A stretch of DNA of 64,000 bases, taken from Chiloscyllium plagiosum. Lineage: Eukaryota. The notes below the pieces were generated by a model. That model was given only the letters and a program-made list of their open reading frames with translations, ran no database searches and was not told the DNA's origin. Below are positions 13,315 through 25,000 of the stretch, piece after piece (the first letter of the stretch is position 1; the number at the start of each line of letters is the position of its first letter). A program made the position numbers and the translations under genes. The DNA is taken from assembly GCF_004010195.1 (NCBI RefSeq), contig NC_057759.1:4530906-4594905 (forward strand), written 5' to 3'.

Positions 13315-13510
13315 TGATTTGGAGATGCCGATGATGGACTGGGCTGTACAAAGTTAAAAATCACACAACACCAGGTTATAGTCCAACAGGTTTAATTGAA
13401 AGCACTAGTTTTCAGAGACATCCACCTGATGAAGGAGCAGAGCTCCGAAAGCTAGTGCTTCCAATTAAACCTATTGGACTATAACCTGGTGTCGTGTGAT
13501 TTTTAACTTT
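13315..13510. mobile_element. Palindromic Penelope-derived insertion (family B)
   Basis: ~70-bp inverted arms (13348-13417 / 13443-13512); 12-bp TSD TTGTCTGAAGTA (13303-13314 / 13509-13520); matches the terminus of the Penelope element at 46025-46770. Confidence 0.85.
13423..13457 (+). ncRNA. Minimal hammerhead ribozyme motif (CUA cleavage triplet)
   Basis: CAC-CUGAUGA-A-GGAGC(AGA)GCUCC-GAAA-G-CUA-GUG; palindromic AGCU helix III. Confidence 0.8.
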
Positions 13511-13784
13511 GTCTGAAGTACATATTTGTAACCGAATTAACAAGTATTGATGGATTCTCCTCTGAACAACGTCCTCTTTTTCAATGCAAAACATACCCCG
13601 TTGTTTGTAAATCGGCGGGCTTTTCAAATTGGAAAGAAAGTTGTTGATGATTTGGCGCTGGCTTCAAGAGAAGGGAACGTGCCCTCTCTACTCACTGCCT
13701 CTTGGGAGCATATTAAACACCAGTAAATCTTTTTTTTCTGTTTGCTGCTATTTGCTCAAGTTACTCTCTAATATTTGATTATTA

Positions 13785-16700
13785 GAGAGTACAAGCAGGA
13801 CGGGTTGCACCTGAACCAGAAGGGCACCAATATCCTGGGAGGTAGGTTTGCTAGCACCCTTCGGGGGTGGGAGGGTTAAACTAATTTGGCAGAGGGATGG
13901 GATCCGGACTTGCAGTCCAGCAAGTAGGTTAGCTGTTTTTCAGGATGTCCAAGAAGGTAGGGAGGCTGTGGAGAAGGTAGCACTGACAGGGAATACTTGC
14001 GGACACACAGATGGGCTCAAGTATGTATATTTCAATGCAAGGAGTATCAGAAATAAGGTGGGTGAACTTAAGGCGTGGATCGGTACTTGGGACTACGATG
14101 TTGTGGCCATCATGGAAATGTGGATAGAAGAGGGACAGGAATGGTTGTTGGAGGTTCCTAGTTACAGATGTTTCAATAAGATTAGGAGGGGGTGGTAAAA
14201 AAAGGAGGGGGGTGGCGTTGCTAATTAGAAATGGGTGGCACGGTGGCACAGTGGTTAGCCCTGCTGCCTCACAGTGCTAGAGACCCGGGTTCAATTCCCA
14301 TCTCAGGCAACTGTCTGTGTGGAGTTTGCACCTTCTCTCCGTGTCTGCATGGGTTTCCTCCAACAATCCAAAAATGTGCATGTTAGGTGAATTGGCCATG
14401 CTAAATTGCCCGTAGTGTTAGGTGAAGGGGTAAATGTAGGGGAATGGGTCTGGGTGGGTTTCTCTTCGGAGGGTCGGTGTGGACTTGTTGGGCCGAAGGG
14501 CCTGTTTCCACACTGTAAGTAATCTAACCTAAACGGCTGCAGAAAGGCAGTTCAAGGGGGATCTGCCTTTGGAAGTAGTATGGGCTGAAGTCAGAAATAG
14601 GAAAGGTGCAGTCACCATGTTGGGTGTTTACTATAGACCCCCCAAAAGCAGCAGAGATGTGGAGAAACAGATTGGGAAACAGATTTTGGAAAGGTGCAGA
14701 AGCCACAGGGTAGTAGTCATGGGCAATTTCAACTACCCAAATATTGATTGGAAGCTCTTTAGATCAAGTAGATTGGATGGGGCGGTGTCCAGGAAGCTTT
14801 TCTAACTCAATATGTAGATTGTCCGACCAAAGGGGAGGCCAGATGGGATTTGGTACTTGGTAACGAACCGGGACAAGTGATGGGCTTGTTAGTGGGTGAG
14901 CATTTTGGTGATGGTGACCACAATTCTGTGACTTTCACCTTGGTTATGGAGAGAGATAGGTGCATGCAACAGGGAAGGTTTTACAATTGGGGGAAGGGTA
15001 AATACGATGCTGCAAGACAGGATCTGAGGAGCATAAATTGGGAGCATAGGCTGTCAGGGAAGGATGTCGTTGAAATGTGGAACTTTTTCAAGGAACAGAT
15101 ACGATGTGTCCTTGATATATATGGACCTGTCAGGCAGGAAAGAGATGGTCGTGTCAACCTTGGTTGACGAGGGAGGTTGAATGTCTTGTAAGGAGGCTTA
15201 CATAAGGTTGAGGAAACAAGGTTCAGACAGAGCGTTGGAGGGATACAGGATATCCAGGAGGGAGCTGAAGAAAGGGATTAGGAGAGCTAAGAGAGGGCAT
15301 GAAAAATCTTTGGCGGGTTAGATCAAGGATAACCCCAAGGCCTTTTATGCGTATGTGAGAAACATGAGAATGACGAGAACAAGGGTGGTTCGATCTAGGA
15401 TCAAGTGGGAGACTGTGTATTGAGTCAGAAGAGATAGGAGAGGTCTTGAATGAGTACGTTTCTTCAGTATTTAAAAATGAGAGGGACCGTATTGTTGAAG
15501 AGGAGAGTATGAAACGGACTGGTAAGCTAGAGGAGATACTTGATTGGAAGGAAGATGTGTTGGGCATTTTGAAAACCTTGAGGATAGACAAGTCCCCCGG
15601 GCCTGAGGGGATATATCCTAGGATTATGTGGGAAGCATGAGAGGAAATTTCAAACCATTGGCAATGATCTTTTCGTCTTCACTGTCAATGGGGGTGGTGC
15701 CAGGGGACTGGAGAGTGGCGAATGTGGTGCCCCTATTCAAAAAAGGGAATAGGGATAACCCCGGGAATTACAGGCCAGTTAGTCTTACTTCGGTGGTAGG
15801 CAAAGTAATGGAAAGGGCACTGACGGATAGGATTTATGAGTATCTAGAAAGACACTGCTTGATTAGGGACAGCCAGCACGAATTTGAGAGGGGTAGGTCT
15901 TGCCTTACAAGTCTGATTGAATTCTTTGAGGAGGTGACCAAGCATGTGGATGAGGGAAGAGCAGTGGATGTAGTGTACATGGATTTTAGTAAGGCATTTG
16001 ATAAGGTTCTCCATGGTAGGCTTATTTGGAAAGTCAGGAGGCATGGGATAGTTGGAAATTTGGCCAGTTGGATAGAGAACTGGCTAACCGGTCGAAGTCA
16101 GAGAGTGGTAGTAGATGGTAAATATTCAGCCTGGAGCCCAGTTACAAGTGGAGTTCTGCAGGGATCAGTTCTGGGTCCTCTGCTGTTTGTAATTTTTAGT
16201 AATGACTTGGAAGAGGGAGTCGAAGGGTGGGTCAGTAAATTTGCAGACGATACGAAGATTGGTGGAGTTGTGGATAGTGAGAAGGGCTGTTGTCGGCTGC
16301 AAAGGGACTTAGATATGATGCAGAGCTGGGCTGAGGAGTGGCAGATGGAGTTCAACCCTGTCAAGTGTGAGGTTGTCCATTTTGGAAAGACAAATAAGAA
16401 TGCAGAATACAGGGTTAACGGTAGGGTTCTTAGTAAGGTAGAGGAACAGAGGGACCTTGGGGGTCTATATTCATAGATCTTTGAAAGTTGCCACTCAGGT
16501 GGATAGAGCTTGTAAGTAGGCCTATGGTGCATTAGCGTTCATTAGCAGAGGGATTAAATTCAAGAATCGTGAGGTGATGTTGCAGCTGTATAGGACCTTG
16601 GTAAGGCCACATTTGGAATACTGTGTGCAGTTCTGGTCGCCTCATTTTAGGAAAGATGTGGAAGCTTTGGAGAGGGTGCAGAGGAGATTTACCAGGATGT

Positions 16701-17113
16701 TGCCTGGAATGAAGAATAGGTCATACGAGGATAGGTTAAGAGTGCTAGGCCTTTTCTCATTGGAACGGCGAAGGATGAGGGGTGACTTGATGGAGGTTTA
16801 TAAGATGATCAGGGGAATAGATAGAGTAGACAGTCAGAGACGTTTCCCCCGGGTGCAACAGAGTGTTATAAGGGGACATAAATTTAAGGTGAAGGGTGGA
16901 AGGTATAGGGAGGATGTCAGGGGTAGGTTCTTTACCCAGAGAGTGGTGGGGGCATGGAATGCGCTGCCTGTGGGAGTGGCAGAGTCAGAATCATTGGTGA
17001 CCTTTAAGCGGCAATTGGATAGGTACATGGATGGGTGCTTAAGCGAGGACTAATGTTCGGCACAACAGCGTGGGCCGAAGGGCCTGTTCTATGCTGTATT
17101 GTTCTATGTTCTA
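13785..17113 (+). mobile_element. Near full-length CR1 LINE (end of ORF1 esterase, APE endonuclease, RT), frameshifted
   Basis: YKQDGLHLNQKGTNILGGRFA (ORF1), YFNARSIRNK, GVYYRPP, GNFNYP, GDHN, RT ORFs 15628-16476 and 16574-17053; tail TGTTCTATGTTCTA. Confidence 0.93.
14233..14532 (+). mobile_element. tRNA-derived HE1/V-SINE-type SINE inserted in the CR1 endonuclease region
   Basis: A box GGCACAGTGG, B box GGTTCAATTCC, core TGTGTGGAGTTTGCA, CR1-like tail GGGCCGAAGGGCCTGTTTCC. Confidence 0.9.
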
Positions 17114-18090
17114 TTCCAGGAGCTACAAGCCCCGGTTGGGATGTGAGCCCTGATTGTCACCCCCGGGAAACAGACCCACGGGTAGATACATTACACACTG
17201 ATTTTTCAATTTCCAAAACTCCGCGTGAGTTCTGTTGGGTGGGAATGATGATTGAATGATTTAAATGAGGCTTTCTGCTGTCAGCTAGAGCTTTCAAAAT
17301 GAACGAGGTCAAACCAGAACCAGAACAGTTGCCGGACTGGAATAGTTAATGTGGAGCTTTTGCAATAAAGGAGCACGATATTAAAATAATATCTAAGAGC
17401 GGTGTTCGTTATTAATGCGCTCCCAGCAAAGAACGTTCATGAAATCCTGACAGGGCTGAATGAGGGCATTCGGCCCATCGAGTCTGAACCTTCCCTTTGA
17501 AGGGAATCTCGAATCCTTTAAATAGCTTCTCGACTCAGTACCCTAAAGAAAGGTTGGGTGAACTGGACTTTTATCATCGAAAAACACATTAACGACTAAG
17601 TACGAATGCGTTGTGTCTCTGATCTACATCGCGGCGGGACTTTCAAATGTGAAAGAAAACGGATGATGATTTGGCGCCATGTTTTCCCGCCAGCTTCCTC
17701 AGCAATGGCCATATAGTTACAGCTGGTGGGAACACCAAGGGAGACAATGAGGAGAGAGGAGATTTCATCCGGAATAAACATTCCCCGACCTAACATATTG
17801 TGTGAAAATTACATAACATTCCTGGGAACGTGCTAATCACTGTCGCTGAAAGCCGCGTGTCTTCCGACTAACTCCCCTCGGCTCGGCTAGATTCAAAGTA
17901 TATGTAATACCAACAGAATTGATTTAGTGCGGCGAGAACAAATTAATGCCATGCAATAGATGATGTATTGCATCCTCTGCACCCGATGTGGCCTTCGAGG
18001 AGAAAGTGAGGTCTGCAGATGCTGGAGATCAAAGTTGAAACTTTATTGCTGGAACAGCAAGCAGGTCAGGCAGCATCCAGGGAACAGGAG

Positions 18091-18125
18091 ATTCGACGTT
18101 TCGGGCACAGGCCCTTCTTCAGGAA
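18091..18125 (-). ncRNA. Minimal hammerhead ribozyme motif
   Basis: Reverse strand UUC-CUGAAGA-A-GGGC(CUGU)GCCC-GAAA-C-GUC-GAA. Confidence 0.8.
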
Positions 18126-18143
18126 GGGCCTGTGCCCTTCTTC

Positions 18144-18179
18144 ATTCCTGAAGAAGGGCCTGTGCCCGAAACGTCGAAT
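18144..18179 (+). ncRNA. Minimal hammerhead ribozyme motif
   Basis: AUUC-CUGAAGA-A-GGGC(CUGU)GCCC-GAAA-C-GUC-GAAU; perfect helices I and II. Confidence 0.85.
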
Positions 18180-19699
18180 CTCCTGTTCCCTGGATGCTGC
18201 CTGACCTGCTGTGCTGTTCCAGCAATAAAGTTTCAACCCGATGTGGCCTCCTCTATATTGGGGAGACAGGCCGCCTACTTGCGGAGCGTTTCAGAGAACA
18301 CCTCTGGGACACCCGGACCAACCAACCCAACCACCCTGTGGCTCAACACTTCAACTCCCCCTCCAACTCCACCAAGGATATGCAGGTCTTTGGACTCCTC
18401 CATCGCCACGACACGACGGTTGGAGGAAGAGCGTCTCATCTTCCGCCTAGGAACCCTCCAACCACAAGGGATGAACTCAGATTTCACCAGTTTCCTCATT
18501 TCCCCTCCCCCCACCCTTTTCTCAGTCAAATCCATCGAACTCAGCACCACCTTCCTAACCTGAAATCTTCTTGCTGACCTCTCCGCCCCCACCCCAGTCT
18601 GATCTATCACCCTCACCTTGACCTCTTTCCACCTATCGCATTTCCAACGCCCCTCCCCCAAGTCCCTCCTCCCTACCTTTTATCTTAGCCTGCTGGACAC
18701 ACTTTCCTCATTCCTGAAGAAGGGCTTATGCCCGAAGCGTCGATTCTCCTGTTTCCTGGATGCTGCCTGACCTCCTGCGCTGTTCCAGCAACACATTTTC
18801 AGCTCTGATCTCCAGCATCTGCAGACCTCACTTTCTCCTCAGAGTTTTTCTGGCAATCAACAATAGATTCATGGACATCATTAGACTCTTGGAATATTAT
18901 AGGCTGCCAGACAATTGAGCAACTTTGATAGAGAAGAGTTGAAAGTGACTGGAACTCATTGAGAACTTCAGTCACACAGCAGAAACTGGCATATATAGAT
19001 CAATTCCTAAATTCACCCATGGACACAGCAGAAATTGACATGTATACATCAAGTCCTAAACTCTCGTATGGAAATTGAGTCAATGTGTGTCGAATTCAAT
19101 CTGCTCTCTAACTGTGGAAAGGATGTTCTTTAGTCTGACTGCAGTAACATACCTGCTGTTTGTTAGAAGGAACTGATCACACTTAGCTTCGTGCTGAGCA
19201 CATATCACACTTTCTTGGTCCTTCAAGTAATTGTCTGGAGGAAGACAGAAGAGACATCATCTGTAAATCAACATTAAGTCAATTTAATAATCAGTAGGCT
19301 GTTTTTCCTTCAAGGCAGCAATTCCAACAGGACCACGGGGCTGATTCTCTTCTTGGCCTGAGCTGCTCTTTAGTGATTTATTCAAAGAAACTTACCAATT
19401 TACTGAGAAATAGATACGAACAACACCTCTACAAATGGGATAATCTGATGCCAGTAAGTGTCTGGATATGAAAGTTTCTTTATCTATCCATAGCTGGGAC
19501 AGACTGACAACTACACTCATATATTCACACAGCATAAACCGACAGGTGCAGATTGATAACTGAACTCGTGTATTCACACAGAGGAAGCTGCGAGCGACTG
19601 GTTAATAAATACATTTCGTACATTTTAAATAAATAGGATCAGTCCCTATGTGTTTCTCCGATGTAGATATGAGAGTTTAGTTATTCCAATTTTTTTTTC

Positions 19700-20011
19700 C
19701 AATTACATTCCTACAGTGTGGAAACAGGCCCTTCAGCCCAACCAGTCCACACCGACCCTCTGAAGAGTAACCCATCCAGACCCATTTCCCTCTGACTAAT
19801 GCACCTAACACTCTGAGCAATTTAGCGTGGCCAATTCACCTGACCTGCACATTTTGGACTGTGGGAGGAAACTGGAGCACCTGGAGGAAACCCACACAGA
19901 CAGGGGGAGAATTTGCAAACTACACACAGACAGTCGCCCAAGGCTGGAATCGAACCTGGGATTCTGGTGCTGTGATGCAGCAGTGCTAACCACTGAACCA
20001 CCATGTCACCC
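19700..20011 (-). mobile_element. HE1/V-SINE-type SINE
   Basis: Reverse complement of the 14233 SINE family. Confidence 0.88.
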
Positions 20012-20825
20012 TCAATATATACCTGTTAGTTTCTGCCCAGCGAAAATGTGTGTTACTTACCAATCTGTCCCGAACAGTTTCTGCTGTGTATCTGAGAGTT
20101 GTAGTTATCAACCTGAACCTGTCAGTCTCAGCTATGAGAATGAGAGTTTTGATATTAGTCTCTACCTGTCAGTTTCTGCTGTATGAATATTAAATGCAGT
20201 CATCAATTTGTATCCATCAGTTTATTGTGTCAGAATGTAGATATTGATCTCTACCTGTTAGTTTATTCTATATCAATATGTGAGTGCAATTATCAAACAG
20301 TATCTGTCAGGTTTAGCTATTTGACCCCAGAGTGTCATTGTCAATCTGTTTCTACTGTGTCAATATAACAGTGTAGATACCAATCTGTCCCTGTCAGATT
20401 CTTCCCTGTCAAAACGTGAATACAGTTATTGATCAGTACCCATCAGCCTCTGCTCTGTGAATGTGGCTGTAGGAATCAAACAGTAGCTGTCAGTTTCAGC
20501 AGTGTGAATGTGGGAGTACTCTGCTGTGTGAATACATAAATATAGTTGTCAATCTGTAGCTGTCAGTTTCTGCTTGGTGAATATGTTTGTGTAATTGTCA
20601 ATCCTTCAGTTTCTACTATGTGAATGTGAGAGCTGAGTTTTCACCTGTCGCTATCAGTTTCTGCTTTGTGAATGAGAGAGTTTAGTTATCAATCTTTCTC
20701 TGTTAGGCTCTGTAATGTCAGTGTTTGAGTGTATTTATTAATCTTTTCCTGTCAGTTTGTGACTGTAGTTACCAACTGGTACCTTTCAGATTCTGCTCTA
20801 TAAATATGAGAGTGTAGTTATCCAT
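20012..20825 (+). repeat. Degenerate ~50-bp tandem repeat array
   Basis: Same unit as 1400-7620. Confidence 0.8.
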
Positions 20826-20984
20826 TTGATTTGATCTGATTTATTATTCTCACACACACTGAAGTACAAAGGAAATTACTGTTTTGTGTGCTTTCCAGGC
20901 AGATAATATCATACAAAATGCATCAGGGTAATAGAACAGAATCCGCAATACAGTATTAAAGCTGCAAAGTTTTGGCAGCACTAG

Positions 20985-22095
20985 TGCCGTTTGCCAGCAC
21001 TAGGCCCATATCCCTGTAAACTGTTCCTACTCATGTACGCATCCCGATGCCTTTTAAATGTTGGAATTGTTCCAGCCTCCACCACTCCATCTGGCAGCTC
21101 ATTCCATACACACCACCACCCGCATAAACAACGTTCCCCCTAGGCTTTTTTAAAATCTTGCCCCTCTCACCCAAAACCTATGCCCTCCAGTTCTGGACTC
21201 CCCCACCCCAGGGAAAATACCTTGTCTATTTAGCCTCTCCATGACCCTCCTGATTTTATAATCTCCAAAATGTCACCCCCTCAACCTCCAACATTCCAGG
21301 GAAAACAGACCCAGCCTCTTCAGCCTGTCCCTTTCGCACAAACACTCCAATCCTGGCAACAATCTTGTAAATCTTTTCTGAATGTTTCAAGTTTCACAAC
21401 ATCCTTCCGATAGGAAGGAGATCAGGATTGCACACAATATTCAAAAAGTGGCTGAAGCAATTACCTGTACAGTTGCAACATGATGTCTGAATCCCTATGC
21501 TGTATGCTCGGACCAATAAAAACAGCATACTAAGTGTCTTCTTCATTATCCTATCGACCGGTGACTCCACTTTCAAGGAACTATGAATCTGCACTCCATC
21601 ATTTCCTTGTTCAGCAATACTCGCCAGGACCTTACCATTAAGTGTATAACTCCTGCCTTCATTTGCCTTTCCAAAATGAAGCACCTCAGATTTATCTGAA
21701 TTAAACTCCATCTGCCACTGCTCAGCTCAGTGGCCCATCTGATCACGATCCTGTTGTACTCTGAGGGAACCTTCTTTGCTGTCCACTACATCACCAATTT
21801 TGTTGTCATCTGCAAACCTTTTATGTTCACATTCAAATCATTCATATAAATGATGAAAAGCAGTTAACCCAGCACCGATCCTTGTGGCTCACCACTGCTC
21901 ACAGGTCTCCAGTCTGAAAGGTAACCCTCACCACCACCCTCTGTCTTCCACATTCAAGTAAATTCTGTGTCCAAATTGCTAGTTCTCCCCAATTTTCATA
22001 TGACCTAACCTTATTAACCAGTCTACAATGAGGAAACTTGTCAAGCATCTTACTGAAGTCCATATAGATCACGTCCACCGCTCTACCCTCATCAA
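20985..22095 (-). mobile_element. CR1 3' fragment
   Basis: MEFNSDKSEVLHFGK; DEGRAVDVIYMDFSK. Confidence 0.85.
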
Positions 22096-25000
22096 TCATA
22101 GAGTCAAAGAGAATGTACAGCACGGAAACAGACCCTTTGGTCCAACTTGTCCATGCAGACCAATTAACCCAACCAATCTAATTCCACCTGCCAACACTCG
22201 GCCCATATCCCTCCAAACCCTTCCTATTCATATCCGCATTGAGATGCTTTTTCAAAGTTGCAATTGTATTAGCCTCCACCACTTCCCCTGGCAGCTCAAT
22301 CCATTCATGTACCACCCTCTGCATGAAAACCTTGCCACTTAGGTCTCTTTTATATCTTTTCCATCTCACCGTAAACGTATGCCCTCTAGTTCTGGACTCC
22401 TCCAATCCAGAGAACATACCTTGTCTATTTATCCTATCCATGCCCCTCATGATTTTACAAACCTCTATAAGCTCACCCCTCAGCCTCCGATGCTGCAGGG
22501 AAAACAGCCCCTGCCTATTCAATATTTCCTTCTAGCTCAAATCCTCCAAACCTGGTAGCATCCTTTTCAATCTTGTCTGAATCCTTTCAAGTTTTACAAC
22601 ATCCTTCTGATAGGAAGGAGACCAGAATTGTACTCAATATTCCAAAAGTGGCCTAACCAATGTCCAGTATGGCCTCAACACGTACTCAATATTCTGACCA
22701 ACAAAGGAAAGCATATCAAACATCGTCTTCACTATCCTATCTACCTGCAACTCTATTTTGAAGGAACTATGCACCTGCACTCCATGGTCTCTTTGTTCAG
22801 CAACACTCCCAAGGACTTTACCATTAAGTGTTTAAGTCTTGCTAAGGTTTGCTTTCACAAAATGCAGCACCTCGCATTCATCTGAATTAAACGCAATCTG
22901 CCACTCCTCAGCCCATTGGCCCATCAAGATCCCATTGTAATCTGAGGTAACCTCCTTCGTTGTCCATTACACTTCCAATTTTGGTGTCATCTGCAAACGT
23001 ACTTACTATGCCTCCTATGCTCATATCCAAATCATTTATATAAATGACAAAAAGTAGTGGATACAGCACTGATCCTTGTTGTACTTCACTGGTCACAGGC
23101 CTCCGTTCGTAAAAACACCCCCCACTACCACGTCCTGTCTTCTATTTTGAGCCAGTTCTGTTTCCAAATGGCAAGTTCTCCCTGTATTCCATGAGATCTA
23201 ACTTTGCTAACCAGTCTCCCATGGGGAAATCCTCTTTGTTACTTCTTCAAAAAACTCTACCAAATTTGTGTATCATGGTTTCCCATGCACAAAACCATGT
23301 CCAATGTCCCAAATCAGTGCTTGACTGTTGAAATACGTGTAAGTTCTGTCCCTCAAGATTCCCTCCAATATCTTGCCCAACACCAATGGCAGGCTCACCA
23401 GCCTATAGTTCCCTGACTTTTCCTTATCACCTTTCTTAAATAGTAGTACCACGTTAGCCAACCTCTAGTCTTCCGGCACCTCACCTGTGACTACTGATGT
23501 TAAAAATATCTCAGCAAGGGACGCAACAAAAACTTTCGTAACTTGCCAAAGAGTACTACGGTACACCTGATCAGGTCCTGGGGAATTATTCACCTTTATG
23601 CATTTCAAGACATCCAGTAATACTAGTTTTGTAATATGGACATCTTTCAAGATGTCACCATCCATTTCCCGACATTGTATGTCGTCCACGTCCTTCTCCA
23701 CAGTAAACACTGATGCAAAACACTCATTTAGTACCTTCCCCCACAGAGTCATAGAGATGTACAGCATGGAAACAGACCCTTCAGTCCAACCCGTCCATAC
23801 CGACCAGATATCCCAAGCCAATCTAGTCCCACCTGCCAGCACCCGGCCCATATCCCTCCAAACCCTTCCTATTCATGTACACATCCAAATGCCTATTAAA
23901 TATTGCAATTGTACCAGCCTCTACGACATCCTCTGGCAGCTCATTCCATACATGTACCACCCTCTGCGTGAAACAATTGCCCCTTAGGTCACTTTTATAT
24001 CTTTCCCCTCTCACCCTAAACCTATGCCCTCTAGTTCTGGACTCCCCAACCCCAGGGAAAAGACTTTGTCTATTTATCCTATCCATGCCCCTCATAATTT
24101 TGTAAACCTCTATAAGGTCACCCCTCAGCCTCCGACGCTCCAGGGAAAACAGCCCCAGCCTGTTCAGCTTCTCCCTGTAGCTCAGATCCTCCAACCCTGG
24201 CAACATCCTTTTCTGAACCCTTTCAAGTTTCACAACATCTTTCCGATAGGAAGGAGACTAGAATTGCACGCAATATTCCAACAGTGGCCTAACGAATATC
24301 CTGTATAGCCACAACATGACCTCCCAACTCCTGTACTCAATGCTCTGACAATAAAGGAAAGCATACCAAACGCCTTCTTCACTATCCTATCTACCTGTGC
24401 CTCCACTTTCGAGGAGCTATGAACCTGCANNNNNNNNNNNNNNNNNNNNNNNNNNNNNNNNNNNNNNNNNNNNNNNTTTCCCAAAATGCAGCACCTCGCA
24501 TTTATCTGAATTAAACTCCATCTGCCACTTCTCAGCCGATTGACCCATCTGGTCCAGATCCTGTTGTAATCTGAGGTAACCCTCTTCGCTGTCCATTACA
24601 CCTCCAAGTTTGGTGTCAACTGCAAACTTACTAACTGTACCTCTTTTGCTTGCAACCAAACTATTTATGTAAATGACAAATAGTAGAGGGCCCAGCACCG
24701 ATCCTTGTGGCTCTTCACTGGTCACAGGCCTCCAGTCTGAAAAACAACCCACCACCACCACCCTCTGTCTTCTACCTTTGAGCCAGTTCTGTATCCAAAT
24801 GGCTAGTTCTCCCTGTATTCCATGAGATCTAACCTTGCTAATCAGTCTCCCACGGGGAACCTTGTCGAATGCCTTACTGAAGTCCATATAGATCACATCT
24901 ACTGCTCTGCCCTCATCAAACTTCTTTGTTACTACTTCAAAAAACTCTATCAAGTTTGTGAGACATGATTTCCCACGCACAAAGCCATGTTGACTATCCC

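Larger units (their letters stand above)
17995..18235. mobile_element. Palindromic Penelope-derived insertion (family A)
   Basis: ~90-bp inverted arms 18034-18125 / 18145-18237; 14-bp TSD ACCCGATGTGGCCT (17981-17994 / 18236-18249). Confidence 0.88.
17960..18842 (+). mobile_element. Penelope-like element 3' part (GIY-YIG endonuclease plus terminal repeat), interrupted by a palindromic insert
   Basis: YCILCTRCGL|LYIGETGRLLAERFREHL...HPVAQHFN...RRLEEERLIFRLGTLQPQGMN; terminal repeat has a hammerhead with GAAA changed to GAAG at ~18712-18745. Confidence 0.9.

Noticed and set aside
14233..14310. tRNA gene
   Set aside because: The A/B boxes belong to the tRNA-derived head of a SINE present in about ten copies; no complete cloverleaf.
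18712..18745. Active hammerhead in the Penelope terminal repeat
   Set aside because: Core GAAA is mutated to GAAG; copies at ~34460, ~45740, ~46100, ~48200 and ~59240 also have core mutations.
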